Source: Candidatus Latescibacterota bacterium (GTDB taxonomy: Bacteria > Latescibacterota > UBA2968 > UBA8231). From it: a stretch of 64,000 nucleotides of DNA. Below the pieces are notes generated by a model. It had not been told where the DNA came from and searched no databases. It worked only from the letters and a program-made list of their open reading frames with translations. Made by a program: the position numbers and the translations under genes. Location of the stretch: positions 4,352,001 to 4,416,000 of the forward strand of contig OZ252098.1 of the NCBI GenBank assembly GCA_965248355.1, read 5' to 3'. Positions 10,352 to 21,100 of the stretch are shown in pieces; positions within the stretch are counted from its first letter, which is position 1, and each line of letters opens with the position of its first letter.

Positions 10352-11403
10352 CGGACGGCGACAGCCTCGCTGTGCAGCATCTCGCGGGTCGTGTCGAGCA
10401 CGTAGTCCACGTCGTCGGGGGTGACGTGGCGGTTGGTCACCAGCCGCACCCGGGTGGGGGGGCGCGGATTGCACTTGATGCCGCGCGCCTTCCACTGGTC
10501 GATGAGGCCGGCCGTCGACCAGCCCAGCCCGCCCACGTCGACCATGAGGATGTTCGTCGGCCGCGGGGCCCGCACCGCGGCGACCCCTTCGATGGCGGCC
10601 AGGCCCTCGGCCAGGCACCGCGCCGTCTCGTGGTCCTCGGCGAGGCGGTCGACCATGGTCTCGAGGGCGACGATGCCGGCGGCGGCCATGATGCCGGCCT
10701 GGCGCATGGCGCCCCCGAGGCGCTTGCGGGCCCGGTAGGCATCGTCGATGAAGGCGCGGGAGCCGCACAGGACCGAGCCGACGGGCGCGCTCAGGCCCTT
10801 GGAGACGCAGAACGTCACCGAGTCGACGTGGGCGGTGAGCTCCTTCGCATCGACTCGGAGGGCGACGGCGGCGTTGAACAGGCGCGCGCCATCGAGATGG
10901 ATCCTCAGGCCCCGGTCGCGGGCGGCCAGGGCCACGGCGGCCGTCTCCTCCGGGCTCCATACGGCGCCGGCGGCGTTGTTGTGCGTGTTCTCCAGACACA
11001 GCAGGCCGGTCTTGGGAAAGTGCGGATTCGGCGGCCGCAGGACGGCCTCGAACTGTTCGGCGGTGAAGATGCCCTGGTCGCCGCGCACCGGGCGCGTCGC
11101 CAGGCCCGCGATGTTGGAGTAGGCGCCCGCCTCCCAGCAGTAGAGGTGGGCCAGCTCTTCCACCACCATCTCCTCGCCGTACCGGGTGTGGGCCAGCAGG
11201 GCGGCGGTGTTGGCCATGGTGCCCGAGGGCAGGAACAGCCCCGCCTCCTTCCCCATGCGCTCGGCGGCCAGTTCCTGCAGGCGCTGCACCGTGGGATCCT
11301 CGCCGTACACGTCGTCCCCGACGTCGGCGTGGTGCATGGCTTCCCACATCGCTTCGGTGGGGCGGGTGATCGTGTCGCTGCGCAGGTCGACGGTGCGGTC
11401 CAT
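10348..11403 (-). CDS. ltaE: Low-specificity L-threonine aldolase (PLP-dependent)
   Basis: [54 protein letters not shown]. Confidence 0.93.
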   Translation of the reverse strand: MDRTVDLRSDTITRPTEAMWEAMHHADVGDDVYGEDPTVQRLQELAAERMGKEAGLFLPSGTMANTAALLAHTRYGEEMVVEELAHLYCWEAGAYSNIAGLATRPVRGDQGIFTAEQFEAVLRPPNPHFPKTGLLCLENTHNNAAGAVWSPEETAAVALAARDRGLRIHLDGARLFNAAVALRVDAKELTAHVDSVTFCVSKGLSAPVGSVLCGSRAFIDDAYRARKRLGGAMRQAGIMAAAGIVALETMVDRLAEDHETARCLAEGLAAIEGVAAVRAPRPTNILMVDVGGLGWSTAGLIDQWKARGIKCNPRPPTRVRLVTNRHVTPDDVDYVLDTTREMLHSEAVAVR

Positions 11404-11478
11404 GTCCGATGCTGGCTCCCTCGGTCGGTCTTTTCTTATCCTGTCCCGAAACCTAACCGAGCCGGAGAAGATTGTCGA

Positions 11479-13113
11479 ATGGCCTTTCCCTCCCGAGGAC
11501 TCACCCACCGATCCACCGTAACCGGGCGCCGCGGTCTCGTGGCCGCGGCCCATCCCCTGGCCTCCCTGGCGGGAGTCCGCATCCTGCTGGAAGGGGGCAA
11601 CGCCATCGACGCGGCCGTGGCCACCGCCGCCGCTCTCAACGTCGTCGAGCCGTACATGTCCGGCATCGGCGGCGTCGGCTACATGCACATCTATTCGGCC
11701 CGCGACGGCGAGCACAAGGTCTGCGACTACGTGGGCCTGACGCCGGCCGCCGCCGACCTGTCCCTGTACACCGAGCCGGCCCAACAGGCGCGGGGGCCCC
11801 TCTCTCCCCTCGTTCCCGGCGCCTGCGCCGGCTGGCTCGAAGCCCTGCGGCGCTACGGCTCCATGGACGCCGCCGCCGTCTTCGCCCCGGCCATCGAGCT
11901 GGCCGAGGGCGGCTTTCCCCTCACCGTCAAGAACGCCTGGTTCTTCAATGCGGCCGCCGAGGCCCTGCGGGAGTTCCCTTCGTCGGCCGGCACCTACCTC
12001 GTCGACGGCCGCAGCCCGGAGGCGGGCGAGGTGCTCGTTCAGCAGGACCTGGCCGAGACCTTCCGCACCCTGGCCGCCGATGGGCCCGACGCCTTCTACG
12101 GCGGCGCCATGGGAGACGCCATCGCCGCCTTCATGGCCGACAGCGGCGGCCTGCTCACCAAACAGGACCTGGTGGCCAACCGGCCGGTCTGGCTGGATCC
12201 CGTGGGCATGGGCTACCGGGACTGGACCGTCTTCGCGCCCGCGCCGCCCTGCCAGGCCGTGCAGTACCTGGAGACCCTGAAGATCCTCGAGGGCTTCGAC
12301 ATCGGCGCCATGGGCCACAACACCGCGGAGACGCTGCACACCTTCATCGAGGCGGTGAAGCTGGCCTGCATCGACCGCATCCACTATACCGCCATCGAGG
12401 ATCCGCCCACCGCCGGCCTGCTGTCGGAGGGCTACGCCGCCGAGCGGCGGCGCCTGATCGGACCGCAGGCCGCCGTCCACATGGGCAACACCTTCCGCCG
12501 CCAGCGGCAGGAGGGCGAGGTCGGCCCCGGCGATCCGAGAGCCTGGATCAAGACGGAGTGCACCACCCACTTCGACACCATCGACGCCGACGGCAACGCC
12601 GTGGCCTGCACCCAGAGCCTGGGCTCGGGCTTCGGGTCGGCCATGGTCGTGCCGGGCACCGGGGTGGCGCTGAACAACTTCATGAACTGGTTCGATGACG
12701 TCGAAGGCAGCCCCAACGCCATCGGACCGTCGAAGAAGAACGAGATGTGCGTCTCCCCGGCGCAGGTGTGGGATGAGGATGGATTGCGCCTGCTCATCGG
12801 CACGCCGGGTTCGCACGGCATCCTGCAGACCACCCCGCAGATGATCATGAACGTCCTCGACCACGGCATGAACGTGCAGGCCGCCATCGAGGCGCCTCGC
12901 CTCACGGTGGCAGGGACGCGGCGGGTCGATGTGGAGTCGCGGGTGTCCTCGGAGGTGCTCGCCGAGCTCGAGGGGCGCGGACACGTGTTCCACCACCTCG
13001 GGGACTGGTCCCCCGGCGTCGGCGGCGGCCAGGGCATCCACGTCGATCCGGCCTCCGGCGCTTTCATGGGCGGCGCCGATCCGCGCCGGGACGGCTACGC
13101 TCTCGGTTGCTGA
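11479..13113 (+). CDS. ggt: Gamma-glutamyltransferase family protein
   Basis: GGNAIDAAVA, VVEPYMSGIGG, nucleophile region CTTHFDTID, SLGSGFGS, GGADPRRDG. Confidence 0.92.
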   Translation: MAFPSRGLTHRSTVTGRRGLVAAAHPLASLAGVRILLEGGNAIDAAVATAAALNVVEPYMSGIGGVGYMHIYSARDGEHKVCDYVGLTPAAADLSLYTEPAQQARGPLSPLVPGACAGWLEALRRYGSMDAAAVFAPAIELAEGGFPLTVKNAWFFNAAAEALREFPSSAGTYLVDGRSPEAGEVLVQQDLAETFRTLAADGPDAFYGGAMGDAIAAFMADSGGLLTKQDLVANRPVWLDPVGMGYRDWTVFAPAPPCQAVQYLETLKILEGFDIGAMGHNTAETLHTFIEAVKLACIDRIHYTAIEDPPTAGLLSEGYAAERRRLIGPQAAVHMGNTFRRQRQEGEVGPGDPRAWIKTECTTHFDTIDADGNAVACTQSLGSGFGSAMVVPGTGVALNNFMNWFDDVEGSPNAIGPSKKNEMCVSPAQVWDEDGLRLLIGTPGSHGILQTTPQMIMNVLDHGMNVQAAIEAPRLTVAGTRRVDVESRVSSEVLAELEGRGHVFHHLGDWSPGVGGGQGIHVDPASGAFMGGADPRRDGYALGC

Positions 13114-13991
13114 TGGGGGGGTTCCACATCGAGGCCGGCGGCCGCGCCGTCGACGTCTGGTGTGAGGACTGCGTGGTGAACATGGGCCAACGCCTCGGCG
13201 CCGGCAGCGTCGACGTGGTCGTCACCTCCCCGCCGTACAACCTGGGCACGCGCTACGGGGCCTACGACGACTCCGGCTCCCGCCGGGAGTACGTGCGCTG
13301 GATGGGGGAGTGGGGCGCGGCGGTGCGCGAGGTCCTGTGCGATTCGGGCTCCCTCTTCCTCAACATCGGCGGCAAGCCCTCCGACCCCTGGGGCCCCTTC
13401 GAGGTCCTCCTCGAGCTGCGCCGGCACTTCGAGCTGCAGAACGTCTTCCACTGGGTCAAGTCGATCGCCATCGAGAAGGAGGACGTGGGCCGCTACCCCG
13501 GAGTCGAAGGCAACGTCTCCGTGGGCCACTACAAGCCGATCCAGAGCCGCCGCTACGTCAACGACTGCCACGAGTACATCTTCCACCTCACCAAGAAGGG
13601 GGACGTACCTCTCGACAGGCTGGCCGTCGGCGTCGAGTACCAGGACAAGTCGAACGTGGCGCGCTGGAACGGCGTCGACGAGGACAGGCGCTGCCGCGGC
13701 AACACCTGGTTCGTTCCCTACCGCACGATCCGCAGCCGCCGTGAGCAGCGGCCGCACCCGGCCACCTTCCCGGTGAAGATCCCGCGCATGTGCGTGCGCC
13801 TCCACGGGCTGGAGCGGACCCGCCGGGTCATGGACCCCTTCCTCGGCATCGGCGCCTCGGCCGTGGCCTGCGTCGAGCTGGGCGTCGACTTCGCCGGCTT
13901 CGAGACCGATGCCGAGTACTGCCGCGAGGCGCGCCGGTCCGTGGAGGAAACCGCCGCCGCCGTTACGAGCCGTCGGCCCGTACCGGGATGA
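13113..13991 (+). CDS. Site-specific DNA methyltransferase, beta class (N4-cytosine/N6-adenine)
   Basis: Motif IV VTSPPYN near the N-terminus, HPATFP, and motif I MDPFLGIG near the C-terminus. ATG overlaps the ggt stop (TGATG). Confidence 0.9.
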   Translation: MGGFHIEAGGRAVDVWCEDCVVNMGQRLGAGSVDVVVTSPPYNLGTRYGAYDDSGSRREYVRWMGEWGAAVREVLCDSGSLFLNIGGKPSDPWGPFEVLLELRRHFELQNVFHWVKSIAIEKEDVGRYPGVEGNVSVGHYKPIQSRRYVNDCHEYIFHLTKKGDVPLDRLAVGVEYQDKSNVARWNGVDEDRRCRGNTWFVPYRTIRSRREQRPHPATFPVKIPRMCVRLHGLERTRRVMDPFLGIGASAVACVELGVDFAGFETDAEYCREARRSVEETAAAVTSRRPVPG

Positions 13992-15115
13992 GCGCCTCGG
14001 GCCGGGTGCTGCTCGTGGGGGGCTTCGCCCCCGGGCAGTCCCTGTGGAGCATCCACCAGGGATTCGAGGCCGCCGGCCTGCAGGTGGTGTACGCCCCCAG
14101 CCGGGGCTGCATCGAGGCCCACCGGGAGAGGGACGTCCTGCTGGCCTCGGAAGAGGCGGATCGCATCCCGGCGCCGGAGCGGTGGGACCTGCGCTACGCC
14201 GACGCCGACGCCTTCGAGGAGGGGCTGGCCGGTCTCGTGCAGGAGCACCGGCCGGAGCTGCTGCTGTGGTGGTTCAGCAAGGACGACTGTCCGCCGGGGC
14301 TCATCGCCTCGCTGCGGCGGCGGTTCCCCTGGCTGAAGACGGTCACCCACACCCAGGACGATCCCTGGGACGCGCTCCGCCATCCCGGGTATTCCCGGGA
14401 GTTCGAATACGTCGTCACCTGCTGCAAGGAGAGCGTCGAGGTCTACCGCGAGAGGGGGATCCGGGCCATCGTCCTCTACCCGCCGCCGGCCCGCCAGCTG
14501 CACGGGGCCGCCGAGGCCAACCCCCACGAGGAGTGCGACTTCTCGGTCACGATTCTATCCATCTACGCTCGCGGCGACAGCGACGGGCAGGCCTATCTGA
14601 CCTCCCCCGATCCGATCGAGCGCATCACCCATCCCATCGGTTTTCCCGACCAGCGGGTGCTGCGCCAGCAGGTCGTGGAGACCGTGGCCGCCCTGGGCCG
14701 CACCCACGTCTACGGCGGACTCGGCTTCGGCACCTTTGCCGGCATCCCCCGTTCCTGCTACCGCGGGTTCCGCACCTACCGGGAGCTGCCCGGGGTCTAC
14801 CGGGCGGCGAAGATCAACGTCAACCAGCACAACTCGCCCCGCTCCCACGGCTACCTGAACCAGCGCGACACGGCGATCACCGGCTCCGGCGGATTCATGC
14901 TGACCGATTACGTGGAGGGCATGGAGGAGGAGTTCGACATCGGCGCCGAGATCGACACGTGGGAGACGGCGGAGGAGCTGGGGGACAAGGCCGCCTGGTG
15001 GCTGCGGCACGACGACGAGCGCGAGGCGGCGGGCCGGGCCGCCCAGCGCCGGGTCCTCGGCAGCTACGGCAACGACGCCTACGTGGGCCGGCTGCTGGAG
15101 TTCGTCCGGAGTTGA
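13988..15115 (+). CDS. CgeB-like GT-B glycosyltransferase (Glyco_trans_1_2)
   Basis: TQDDPW, YRAAKINVN, LNQR...GSGGFMLTD and ELGDKAAWWLRHDDEREA C-terminal signature. ATGA overlap with the MTase. Confidence 0.8.
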   Translation: MSASGRVLLVGGFAPGQSLWSIHQGFEAAGLQVVYAPSRGCIEAHRERDVLLASEEADRIPAPERWDLRYADADAFEEGLAGLVQEHRPELLLWWFSKDDCPPGLIASLRRRFPWLKTVTHTQDDPWDALRHPGYSREFEYVVTCCKESVEVYRERGIRAIVLYPPPARQLHGAAEANPHEECDFSVTILSIYARGDSDGQAYLTSPDPIERITHPIGFPDQRVLRQQVVETVAALGRTHVYGGLGFGTFAGIPRSCYRGFRTYRELPGVYRAAKINVNQHNSPRSHGYLNQRDTAITGSGGFMLTDYVEGMEEEFDIGAEIDTWETAEELGDKAAWWLRHDDEREAAGRAAQRRVLGSYGNDAYVGRLLEFVRS

Positions 15116-15158
15116 GCGGCCCATGCCGGACGGCGCAGGTATCAGCCGAGGCCGGGGA

Positions 15159-16208
15159 TCACCAGGTGTCGATGACGGTGAAGCCGACCGTGCCGAAGCC
15201 GGTCATCTCCGCCAGCACGCCGCCGGCGGCATCGACGCTCACCGTGGCGCTCACGAGCCGCCGCGGTTGGAGCCGGCCGGAGGCGACCAGGGCCAGCAGG
15301 CCGGGGTAGCTGGTGGTCGGACACCCGAGGCTGGTGATGAAGCTGATCTCGTTGCGGATCATGTCGTCCACGGGCAGGGCCATGTGGCCCTCCTCCGCCT
15401 CCTCCTCCGGCGTCGACATGCCGATCTGCAGGTGGCGGGCGCCCTTGCCCAGGCTGGCCAGTGCGGGGAGGGCGGTCCGCGTCGAGCCCAGGGCGTCGAG
15501 GCTGAGATCGGCGCCTCCGCCGCAGAGATCACGTATCGCTTCGGCGGCGTCGCAGGTGCGGGCGTCGACGCCGACGACGGCTCCTTCCTCCCGGGCCCGG
15601 GTGAGCTTGGCGTCGTCGATGTCCACGGCGATCACACGGGCCCCCAGGGCCGAGGCGATCTGCACCGCGGAGAGCCCGATGCCGCCGGCTCCGAAGACCG
15701 CCAGCCACTCGCCGGGAGCCAGGCGGGCCCGGTCGACCAGGCCGTGCCAGGCGGTCATGTAGCGGCAGCCGAGGGCCGCGGCGCCCAGGAAGTCCACCTC
15801 CTCGGGCAGGCGCACGAGGTTGACGTCGGCCGCCGGCACGCGCACGTAGCGGCCGTAACCGCCGTCGAAGGTGATGCCCATGACCCCGTTGGCCTTGCAG
15901 ATGTTGGAACGGCCGCGGTAGCAGTGATCGCAGTGGCCGCAGGCCATGTGGAAGGGCGCGGTGACGCGGTCGCCGGCCTGGAAGGAGCGGACCCCGGCGC
16001 CGACCTCCTCCACGACCCCGCCGAGCTCGTGGCCCAGCACCCTGGGCGGCTGCACCAGGGGCCAGTCGCCGCGCCAGGCGTGCCAGTCGCTGCGGCAGAT
16101 CCCGCAGCCTTCCACGCGCACCACGGCGTCCCCGGACGTAGCCTCGGGCTCCGGCAGCACCCGCACCTGAAGGGGGGCGCCGAATTCGGTCAGTACGGCA
16201 GCTCTCAT
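15159..16208 (-). CDS. Zinc-dependent alcohol dehydrogenase (MDR family)
   Basis: GICRSDWH, LGHELGG, CGHCDHC...C structural Zn site, GAGGIG. Confidence 0.93.
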   Translation of the reverse strand: MRAAVLTEFGAPLQVRVLPEPEATSGDAVVRVEGCGICRSDWHAWRGDWPLVQPPRVLGHELGGVVEEVGAGVRSFQAGDRVTAPFHMACGHCDHCYRGRSNICKANGVMGITFDGGYGRYVRVPAADVNLVRLPEEVDFLGAAALGCRYMTAWHGLVDRARLAPGEWLAVFGAGGIGLSAVQIASALGARVIAVDIDDAKLTRAREEGAVVGVDARTCDAAEAIRDLCGGGADLSLDALGSTRTALPALASLGKGARHLQIGMSTPEEEAEEGHMALPVDDMIRNEISFITSLGCPTTSYPGLLALVASGRLQPRRLVSATVSVDAAGGVLAEMTGFGTVGFTVIDTW

Positions 16209-16218
16209 GACGGGCTAA

Positions 16219-16307
16219 GGCCTTGCCACGAATTAACTGAATCACTGGGTGGCGGTATCCAGTCTATGATGCCCCACTTGATAGCTCATTTGTTTCGGAA
16301 CAAAGCC
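16219..16307. mobile_element. Miniature IS5-family-like element (MITE or IS remnant), 89 bp
   Basis: Imperfect terminal inverted repeats GGCCTTGCCACGAATTAACTGA / TCATTTGTTTCGGAACAAAGCC, flanked by TAA on both sides (16216-18, 16308-10). GC is 44/89 against about 70% around it. Confidence 0.6.
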
Positions 16308-16431
16308 TAAGGGTACCCGCCCTCGACGGCGGGGACAACATCCCCGGCCCGAGAGGGGAGGGGCCGTGGAGGCGGGGCGGGACCATCGCCGTCGGGCGAC
16401 CGAGGGCGTTCGAGCCCGGGAAGGAAGCCCC

Positions 16432-18138
16432 ATGACCTCTCTCGACTGGGCTGTCGTCGGCGTCCTCAACGGCGGCATCGTTCTCTACAGCCTGATCGCC
16501 TTCCGCCACAAGGGCGAGAGCTTCGACTGGTACCTGGCCGCCAAGTCGATGCCCTGGTGGGTGATCGGCCTGTCCGCCTTCGGCACCGCCGTCGACAGCG
16601 GCGACTACGTCGGCATCGTCGGCGGGTCCTACACCCTCGGGATGTCGCAGCTGTCGCAGTGGTGGCTGGGCATCGCCGTGGGCTGGATGGTGCTGGGCTT
16701 CTTCGTCATCGTGCCCATGTACCGCTCCGGCGTGTTCACCAACGCCGAGTGGCTGGAGTACCGCTTCGGACCGGCGGCGCGGGTCATGGCGGTGCTGATC
16801 AACGTGCAGTCCCGCACCAACGTCCTGGGGAACATCTACTACTCCATGTTCCTCGTGCTCAACGTCGTCGCCGGCCTCGCCCCGGAGAGCTGCTGGATCG
16901 TGGTCGCCGGCGTGGCCGCCACCTCCGCCCTCTACCTGGTCCGCGGCGGCCTGCGCGCCGGCGTCCTCACCGACGCCCTGCAGAGCCTGACCATGATCGT
17001 CGCCTCCTTCGTCCTGTGGGGGTTCGTCTACTCCGCCATGGGGGGCTGGGACGGGGTCGCCCTGCGGCTGGAGACGGTGGAGAGCGGCCTCTCCGATCAG
17101 CTGCTGCACGTGGGCGGCTACGGTCCCGAAGGCGTGCCGTCGATCCTGGTGGTCTTCGGCTTCCTGGTCGTGCTCACCACGTACGTCCTCATCAACCAGT
17201 ACGAGGCCATCCGCTTCCTCGGAGCCCGCTCGGAGTGGGACTTCAAGATGGCCGTCGTCGTCGCCAGCCTGGCCACCGCCGTCTGCCTGTTCTTCAACGT
17301 CACCCTGGGGCCGATGGCCCGGGCGGAGTTTCCGGACCTGGCCGTCGTCGACGAGGCCTATCCGCGCATGATCGTCGAGTACCTGCCCGCCGGTCTCGTG
17401 GGCCTCGTCGTGGCCGGACTGGTGGCCGCCGCCTACTCGACCTTCGACTCCATCGGCATCGGCATCTCCTCCCTCTTCGTGCGCGACATCTACGCCCGCT
17501 TCCTGGTGCGCCGGGGCAGCGACGCCCACTACACGAAGGTGGGGCGCATCTCGGTGCCCTTCATCCTCGTCCTCGGCTTCGCCTACGTGCCCTTTCTCGA
17601 GGGGGGCATGCTCCTGTTCTACCTGCGTCTGGCCGGCGCCATCGCCGTGCCGCTGATGACGGTGATCCTCATGGGCGTGTTCACGAGGGTCCACCGGGAG
17701 ACGGGGATCGTCGGCCTGGGGGTCGGTCTGCTGTACGGCGCCTCGGCGATCCTCGGCGAGGCCCGCGGCTGGCCGCTGCCGGTCTGGTACACCGACCTGT
17801 GGTGGGCCTACCTGTGGAACCTGGTCCTGCCCGCGGCCGCCATGTGGGTCGTGTCGAAGGGGATCGATGCCCGCCGGGGCCGACTGTCGAGGGAGGAGCT
17901 GCGCGGGCTGATCTGGTCGCGGGACGACGATCCGGCCGAGCTGAGACGGTCGATGGCCGGGCGCCTCTCCCGGCTGGAGGGGACCTGGCTGCACCGGACC
18001 CTCACCCAGGCGCCGGTGCGGCCCCGGTACCCCTTCCCCGCCGGGCCCGGCGGCCCGGTGTGGTACCGGCGGCCCGGCCTTTGGGCGGGAGCCTATCTCG
18101 CCGTCGCCGCCTACCTGCTGTTCTTCGTCCTCTGGTAG
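16432..18138 (+). CDS. Sodium:solute symporter (SSS) family transporter
   Basis: [53 protein letters not shown]; many TM helices. Confidence 0.93.
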   Translation: MTSLDWAVVGVLNGGIVLYSLIAFRHKGESFDWYLAAKSMPWWVIGLSAFGTAVDSGDYVGIVGGSYTLGMSQLSQWWLGIAVGWMVLGFFVIVPMYRSGVFTNAEWLEYRFGPAARVMAVLINVQSRTNVLGNIYYSMFLVLNVVAGLAPESCWIVVAGVAATSALYLVRGGLRAGVLTDALQSLTMIVASFVLWGFVYSAMGGWDGVALRLETVESGLSDQLLHVGGYGPEGVPSILVVFGFLVVLTTYVLINQYEAIRFLGARSEWDFKMAVVVASLATAVCLFFNVTLGPMARAEFPDLAVVDEAYPRMIVEYLPAGLVGLVVAGLVAAAYSTFDSIGIGISSLFVRDIYARFLVRRGSDAHYTKVGRISVPFILVLGFAYVPFLEGGMLLFYLRLAGAIAVPLMTVILMGVFTRVHRETGIVGLGVGLLYGASAILGEARGWPLPVWYTDLWWAYLWNLVLPAAAMWVVSKGIDARRGRLSREELRGLIWSRDDDPAELRRSMAGRLSRLEGTWLHRTLTQAPVRPRYPFPAGPGGPVWYRRPGLWAGAYLAVAAYLLFFVLW

Positions 18139-18158
18139 GAAAGGGCTGCGGGGGGCCG

Positions 18159-21100
18159 TCACCCGAAGGAATGGGCGGCCATGCGGCCGTCGTCGAGCAC
18201 GCAGACCAGGTGCCGGCCGGCGGCCGCCAGCCGCCGGACTTCTCCGCCCGTCCACGACTCGCCCACCACCTCGCCGGCCGCGGTTACCCTCAGCAGGCGG
18301 CCTCCCTCGGCGGCGAGCACGAGGTCGTCCTCCAGGCGGGTCGACGCGCGGACCCACTCGCACGGATGCCAGTGGCGGCGCAGGGTCCCGTCCCGGTCCA
18401 GGCAGTAGAGATCGCCGAAGCCGTTGGCCGCCACCACGCCGCCCGGCAGGACTTCCAGGGCCGCCACCTCTCCGACGACGTTCAACTGCCACAGCTCCTC
18501 TCCGGCCCGCGGCTCGACGGCGAAGAGCCAGCCGTCCTCGGTGCCGTACACGATCTCGCGGACCCCGTCGCCGTTCAGGTCCGAGAGTCGCATCCGCGTC
18601 AGGTGGATCCCCCGACGGGGCGTGGTGGCGTTGCCCTCGGAACCGACTTGCTCGAGGGTGGACCAGCGGAAGGCGCCGTCGAAGTCGTGCACGGTCAGCG
18701 GCGTCGAGTAGGTGGTGCCCACGATCACCTCGGCGCGGCCGTCGCCGTCGGCATCGGCGGCCTCGAGGGCGGTGATGACGTGATAGCGCATCCAGCGGGC
18801 CCATTTGGGCGCGCCGTCGGGAGTGAAGACGTTGACGAACCAGCCCGCCGTGCCCCCGAGGAGGCTCACCTCGCCCCTGCCTTCCAGATCCGCAACGGCC
18901 AGGGCCGTCACCGGCGACACGGCGCCGTAGAGGTTCTTCATCGGCCGCCGCCAGCGCTCGCGGCCACTGCCGCCGTCGAGGACGATCAGCTCCGACGCGG
19001 CCGAGCCGACCAGAGCCTCCGGGACCCCGTCGTCGTCGATGTCCGCCCACAGCAGGGCCGAGGCCAGGGAATCCAGCTGCACGCGCCAAACCTCGGCGCC
19101 GCTTCCGGCATCCAGCTTCACCACGTCGCCGCTCTCCCCGCCGGCGAGCAGGTGGACGCTGTCACCCGTCCCGGCAGCGGCCACGGGACCGGCGGGGCCG
19201 ACCTCGAAGCGGCGCTCCCACAGCGGCGGATAGGTGGCGAACCGCCGGGCGGAAGCCGGCGCCGCGGGGGGAGAGGACGGAGTCAGGCCGGCCGGCCCCC
19301 GGGTCGAAGGTGCGGGGCCGGCGATCCTCCTCGTCTCCACCTCTGGCCGGCCGTCCTCGAAAGCCACCGTGGCCTGCTCGGCGCCGTCGCGGACGCGCAG
19401 CCCTCCGGCGTCCAGAGGCTCCACCTCGACCGGCCCGCAAGGCGTGAACACGTGGGCGAAGAGGATCGATTCCCCGGCCCCGAGCCGGCGGGCGATCTTC
19501 CGGTGCACCACGTGGAGAGGCCCGCGGTGATGGGCATAGCCACCCCAGGGGCCGCCGGGGTCCTCCACGATCTCCGCGGCGGAGTCGTCGGCGCAGAGGA
19601 GGAACAGCTCCGCGTCCCCCTGGCGAAGGCGCAGGCGGTCCTGGCCGCCGGACACGTCGCCAACCACGCGCCAGAGGCAGCGGCAGCGGTAGTCTCCCGG
19701 CTCCCGGCAGATCAGCTCGTCCACCACGGCGAGGTAGCGCCCCTTGCGCCAGACCAGGTTGCGCCGCCAGTCGAGGCCGTTGTACCCGGCCGCCTCGCTC
19801 TGCACGATCCCCCAGTCCTGCTCGTCGCGCTCCACGGTGAGGCGCGCCAGGGGCGGGATGACGACGCCGTCGCCGGGCGGATCCAGGACGCCGGCGCCGT
19901 CCCGCAACACGGTGACGCTGTTGTGGAACCGCGGCGCCGCCCGGATGTAGTCGCCGTCGGCGAGCCAGGCCCGGTTCCGCCAGGTCAGGCGCAGGATGGC
20001 GTTCGTGTCCTCGTGGCCGTGGCAGAAGGTGCCCACGCCTTCCAGCAGCACGTACTCGTCGTCGGGAGCGAAGCCCGGGCGGAGGCAGAGCTTGTCGAAC
20101 CAGCGTCCGCCGGGTGCCGGACCGTATCCATCGGGCACAGCGGCCTCCACCCAGCGCCGGGCGGCCTCGGGCAGGTCCAGCGCCGTGACGCCCAGCAGCT
20201 CCTCCGGCAGCTCGGGCTCGACCCCTTCGAGGGTGAAACCATCCTCGGCGGGCTCGACGCCGGCGTGCCAGCTCTCCAGCCCATGGTTCAGTCCGGGGCG
20301 TTTGCCCTCCCCGAGCCAGTTGAGCAGCCACAGATGGCGGGGATCCCGGGTGCGCCAGAGGGAGGCCAGCAGCGGCCACAGATGCTCGCGCCAGCCGCCG
20401 CTCTCGAAGGCGGAGAAACCGCTGCTGTCGCCGTACCCGACCTCGCTGCGCAGGTTGTCGGTGGTGACCGCCGCGAGCCGGCAGAGATCGTCCACGGGAC
20501 CCCCGTCCACGAATCGGTAGTCGCCGCGGGCCAGCAGATAGTCGTTGGTGTGGCGCGGCGTCAGCCAGACGTAGCCGACGCCGGCGTCGTCGTTGGGCTT
20601 GTACCCGGAGGCCTGGCCCTCGAAGATGCGCTCCACCCGCCGGGCCGCGGCGGCGAACTCGGTGATGCCGTACCGGCGGGAGAGGTAGTCGTGTCCGGCC
20701 GCCAGGTTGAGGCCGATGAAGGTCACGTGGTTCTGCCGCGGCAGGCCGTCCGGATTGACATCCTCCCTCAGGTAGAACAGGCCGGCCAGGTGCCGCAGCA
20801 ACTCGACGAGCATCTCCACCACCGCCTGCCGCTGGGCCGGCCCGTAGACCGGGTCGTCCTCCACCAACTCCCACAAGTGGATGAACTGGTCGAGGTGGAA
20901 GAAGTCGTGATACTCCTCGGGATGACGGAGGCGCTGCTCGCGCCAGGGCTGCAGGGAACCGGCGAAGATGGCCGCTACCAGTTGGCCCCAGGCCTCGTGG
21001 CCGCCCAGGTAGAGATTCCACAGGTAGGCTTTCAGCCGACCGCCACGGAAGGGGGAGGCCACCCAACCGCCCTGCCACAGGCTCAGATCGCGGCGTATCA

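Noticed and set aside
8000..13113. N-terminal extensions in the ORF track (1115-aa DUF255, 897-aa aldolase, 931-aa GGT; also the 693-aa amidase and the 1370-aa ORF at 42566)
   Set aside because: The extensions overlap neighbouring real genes; starts were reassigned using RBS, overlaps and domain boundaries. They are not true fusions.
13113..13991. Complete restriction-modification system or prophage
   Set aside because: No endonuclease, specificity subunit or phage genes are adjacent.
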